This document shows positions 22,901 to 24,000 of a stretch of DNA of 24,000 nt, piece by piece; within the stretch, counting starts at the first letter, position 1; each line of letters opens with the position of its first letter. The position numbers and the translations under genes were made by a program. The DNA is from Anaerolineales bacterium (GTDB taxonomy: Bacteria > Chloroflexota > Anaerolineae > Anaerolineales > UBA4823). Under the pieces are notes generated by a model. The model ran no database searches. It saw nothing but the letters and a program-made list of their open reading frames with translations, and was not told where the DNA came from. The stretch lies in contig JAFGQI010000076.1 of NCBI GenBank assembly GCA_016935755.1, forward strand, positions 22,584-46,583. The letters run 5' to 3'.

Positions 22901-23638
22901 GGTGCGTAAAACATCCGCCAGGGCTGCTATGCCTCTTTCGGTCAGCGTTGTAACGGCCTGGGCGACGCTTTTCTGATATCGTTCGCTGACAGCCAGAGCC
23001 TGCAGGGCTGACTGGGTCTCCTGAAACAGACGGGCATTTTCCAACGCCAGACTGAGTTGATCAGTGACCTGTTCAACCAGCAGGATTTCATCCTCGCTCC
23101 AGGTGCGCTGGGGCGTATCATCCATGACTTCCAGGAGCAAGGCTGGCTGGGTCAGGGCATCTGCAAGCTGGCCGGAAGCGGACCCATCTGCTGACGCATC
23201 ACCTTTGGATGATGAACTCCATTCCAGCAGCGGTCGCGCATAAGCCAGAATGGCTTGATCTTCAGCGGTGGCGGGCAGGGCAATCGGCGTGCCGCGGCGT
23301 AAACTTTCCCAGCCAGCCGAGGTGAGTCCTGTGACGTTGCTGCCTATGGTGCTAAGCCCCTGTTCTTCTCCGGCTTCCCGGTCAGCAACGCTGATCGCTG
23401 CGCCTGGCTCAAGGATCGGCCGTTGCTTGGAAGTGATCTGCGTCGATGGAGTTGGCCCGGGCTGCCCATCACCAGGGATGGGGGGCTGGGGAGCGATGGG
23501 CGCAGCAGAGGTCGCCGGTTCCATTGGAGCAAGATCCGCTCCCAGGCTTGTGAACAACTGCTCGATGCGAGACTCGTTGGCAGGGCTTTTTACCGCTGGT
23601 GACTCAGTTTTTTCTTTTTTCTTCTTTACCGTTGGCAT
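19997..23638 (-). CDS. Soluble hybrid sensor histidine kinase: disordered N-terminus, four tandem GAF-like modules, HisKA, HATPase_c and a C-terminal receiver
   Basis: 1213 aa with no TM segment. H-box is SQFLANMSHELRTPLNSIIGF (H797). N-box is INLFSNAAKFT. G-boxes are DTGPGIT and GGSGLGLSIS. The receiver carries ILSIDIDSQ, AITLDVSMP (D1145), VIATSV and LMKP. Each GAF module ends in a recurring helix, for example TWSEDEILLVEQVTDQLSLALENARLFQ and FTPDDIAVLQTLADQIAVAVENARAYE. AGGAG SD. Confidence 0.9.
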   Translation of the reverse strand: MPTVKKKKEKTESPAVKSPANESRIEQLFTSLGADLAPMEPATSAAPIAPQPPIPGDGQPGPTPSTQITSKQRPILEPGAAISVADREAGEEQGLSTIGSNVTGLTSAGWESLRRGTPIALPATAEDQAILAYARPLLEWSSSSKGDASADGSASGQLADALTQPALLLEVMDDTPQRTWSEDEILLVEQVTDQLSLALENARLFQETQSALQALAVSERYQKSVAQAVTTLTERGIAALADVLRTLGEASQASRTYYFETQVDARGPYWRLISEWCAPEVPAQLGNPTLRRLPISLIGPWLEKLSSKGYISALAGELPEELTGLADTGRDNLWQKTQLGRRTPGRAGTLGEPASTAQAPRAVLQFAIPGRQEAPGCIGLEQYDYERRWSAEEIAALQTAASALANTIAREDLFTQVQINLAETEALYQASARLNSAASYDDILNVLRQHTVLGQVHATSVTINLFDQPWTRSDRPEWMFPVASWTGAEAGHHPNRYPLSQWTNAELLMQPDRASTILDTTTDARLDEAARAVYIDQIGAKSLILAPLNVAGQWIGQVIGAFRQMTSFPEQETRRLMSLAGQAAVAIQNLRLLDESQRRASQLQTAAEIARDSSGTLALDDLLARLVNLLIERFGYYHASIFLVDESGRRAIVRASTGQAGEEMINSGHSLEVGSRSVIGQVTLNGQSLVLNDISQEQARLVHRPNPLLPLTKAELGIPLKIGRGGATQLEVIGALDVQASQVDAFTPDDIAVLQTLADQIAVAVENARAYEIAQHAVEEIREADRLKSQFLANMSHELRTPLNSIIGFSRVILKGIDGPTTDLQQQDLSAIYNSGQHLLGLINDVLDLSKIEAGKMELAFEENVSLGDLIKSVMSTMIGLVKDKPITLQNEVDIQLPFVRIDTMKIRQVLINLFSNAAKFTERGTITVKASIEPVDAEMYPELLSGRAKKGPPSSLQAIVVRVIDTGPGITLEDQSKLFQPFSQVDGSLTRKTGGSGLGLSISSHLIHLHGGQIGVDSQVGQGSTFYFTLPIPEGATQLAGIENLPETAPASVLEPPAKKDKKRAPVEDQTTAAPSVKAGVLTILSIDIDSQVIDLYRRYLSSSDRGPDSPQFSVVGITDLSSESVPKAIEIAKGLQPYAITLDVSMPNSWQVLETIRSDPQTHQIPVIATSVMDQKDKALSTGATTYLMKPILQEEFVQAVMACAHRPPAS

Positions 23639-23657
23639 AGTAAATCAACTCCTACGC

Positions 23658-24000
23658 TCAGTAGGTGCGGGACTCGGGCAGGTGCATGGCAGTGGAACTC
23701 TGCTCTTGGGCTTCTTTGCCACTGGTGAACTGCATTTCTGGGTGGTGTGTCTTTGTCAGTGCGATCAATTCTTGAGCCAGGGCATCATATTGTAAGGCGC
23801 TGCGGCTGGGCGTTGAGCGTCTGGGGCTGCGGTAATGGGTGATTGGTTTGCCTTCGACGGCGCTCTCCCGCAGCCGGGTGTCGATTTCGATAATCGTTTG
23901 GAAGACGCCCTCGGCAAAAGCATGTCGAATTTGCTCATTGACCTGGCGGTGGATGCGGTTGCGCCTGTCAAACATGGTGACCAGGATACGATAGGTCAGG
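23658..24000 (-). CDS. ParA/MinD-family P-loop ATPase, C-terminal part only; the gene continues beyond the right edge
   Basis: The frame is open to the window edge (LTYRILVTMFDRRNRIHRQVNEQIRHAFAEGVFQTIIEIDTRLRESAVEGKPITHY...YDALAQELI). This matches the ParA/Soj C-terminal half (TMYD-R-N...V...IP.N.RL.EA...G.P). A roughly 30-aa non-conserved tail follows. The stop is 19 nt before the kinase ATG. Confidence 0.8.
   Translation of the reverse strand, partial: LTYRILVTMFDRRNRIHRQVNEQIRHAFAEGVFQTIIEIDTRLRESAVEGKPITHYRSPRRSTPSRSALQYDALAQELIALTKTHHPEMQFTSGKEAQEQSSTAMHLPESRTY

Noticed and set aside
1-24000. CRISPR arrays, insertion sequences, integrases, prophage or toxin-antitoxin/defence genes, and long direct or inverted repeats
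   Set aside because: I read both strands and found none. There are no spaced short repeats, no transposase- or integrase-like ORFs, and no terminal inverted repeats flanking any block. tRNA-Thr is not followed by an integrase or a direct repeat of its 3' end.

Overview
Moderately GC-rich bacterial chromosomal DNA, densely coded with short or overlapping gene junctions. I found no CRISPR array, transposase, integrase or phage gene. The content (many soluble multi-GAF kinases, apparent leaderless genes) resembles Chloroflexota-type genomes, but that cannot be established from sequence alone.

Layout:
- (1) 1-3787, minus strand: a translationally coupled operon of rpoN (sigma-54), a soluble GAF/PAS histidine kinase and an NtrC-type sigma-54 activator. 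The activator runs off the left edge and is missing from the ORF track. The operon is preceded by a near-consensus sigma-70 promoter. The RpoN carries a Cys4 zinc-ribbon-like insert and a basic C-terminal tail.
- (2) 4064-5026, plus strand, divergent from (1): a monofunctional proline dehydrogenase followed by a clean intrinsic terminator.
- (3) 5168-11609, plus strand: a tightly packed string of DinB-like protein, UbiA/MenA-like prenyltransferase, MoeA, ACT-domain protein, MoeA fused to a PBP-like domain, stand-alone receiver, Bcp peroxiredoxin and a lipoprotein cytochrome c.
- (4) A small stand-alone LuxR/GerE HTH gene whose SD is buried in a hairpin.
- (5) Minus-strand housekeeping genes: M20 peptidase, DedA/VTT membrane protein, cyclophilin, uridine kinase and tRNA-Thr(CGU).
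- (6) An MshA-like GT4 glycosyltransferase.
- (7) 16800-24000, minus strand: ParA-like ATPase (partial), a 1213-aa soluble four-GAF hybrid histidine kinase, a threonine-synthase-like PLP enzyme fused to a C-terminal receiver domain, and an EamA/DMT transporter.

Cluster (7) is my best candidate for an undescribed system: phosphorelay-gated synthesis and export of an amino-acid-derived compound. The zinc-ribbon RpoN cassette and the MoeA/ACT/MoeA-PBP/receiver module are secondary candidates. All functional calls rest on motif recognition by eye; no searches were run.
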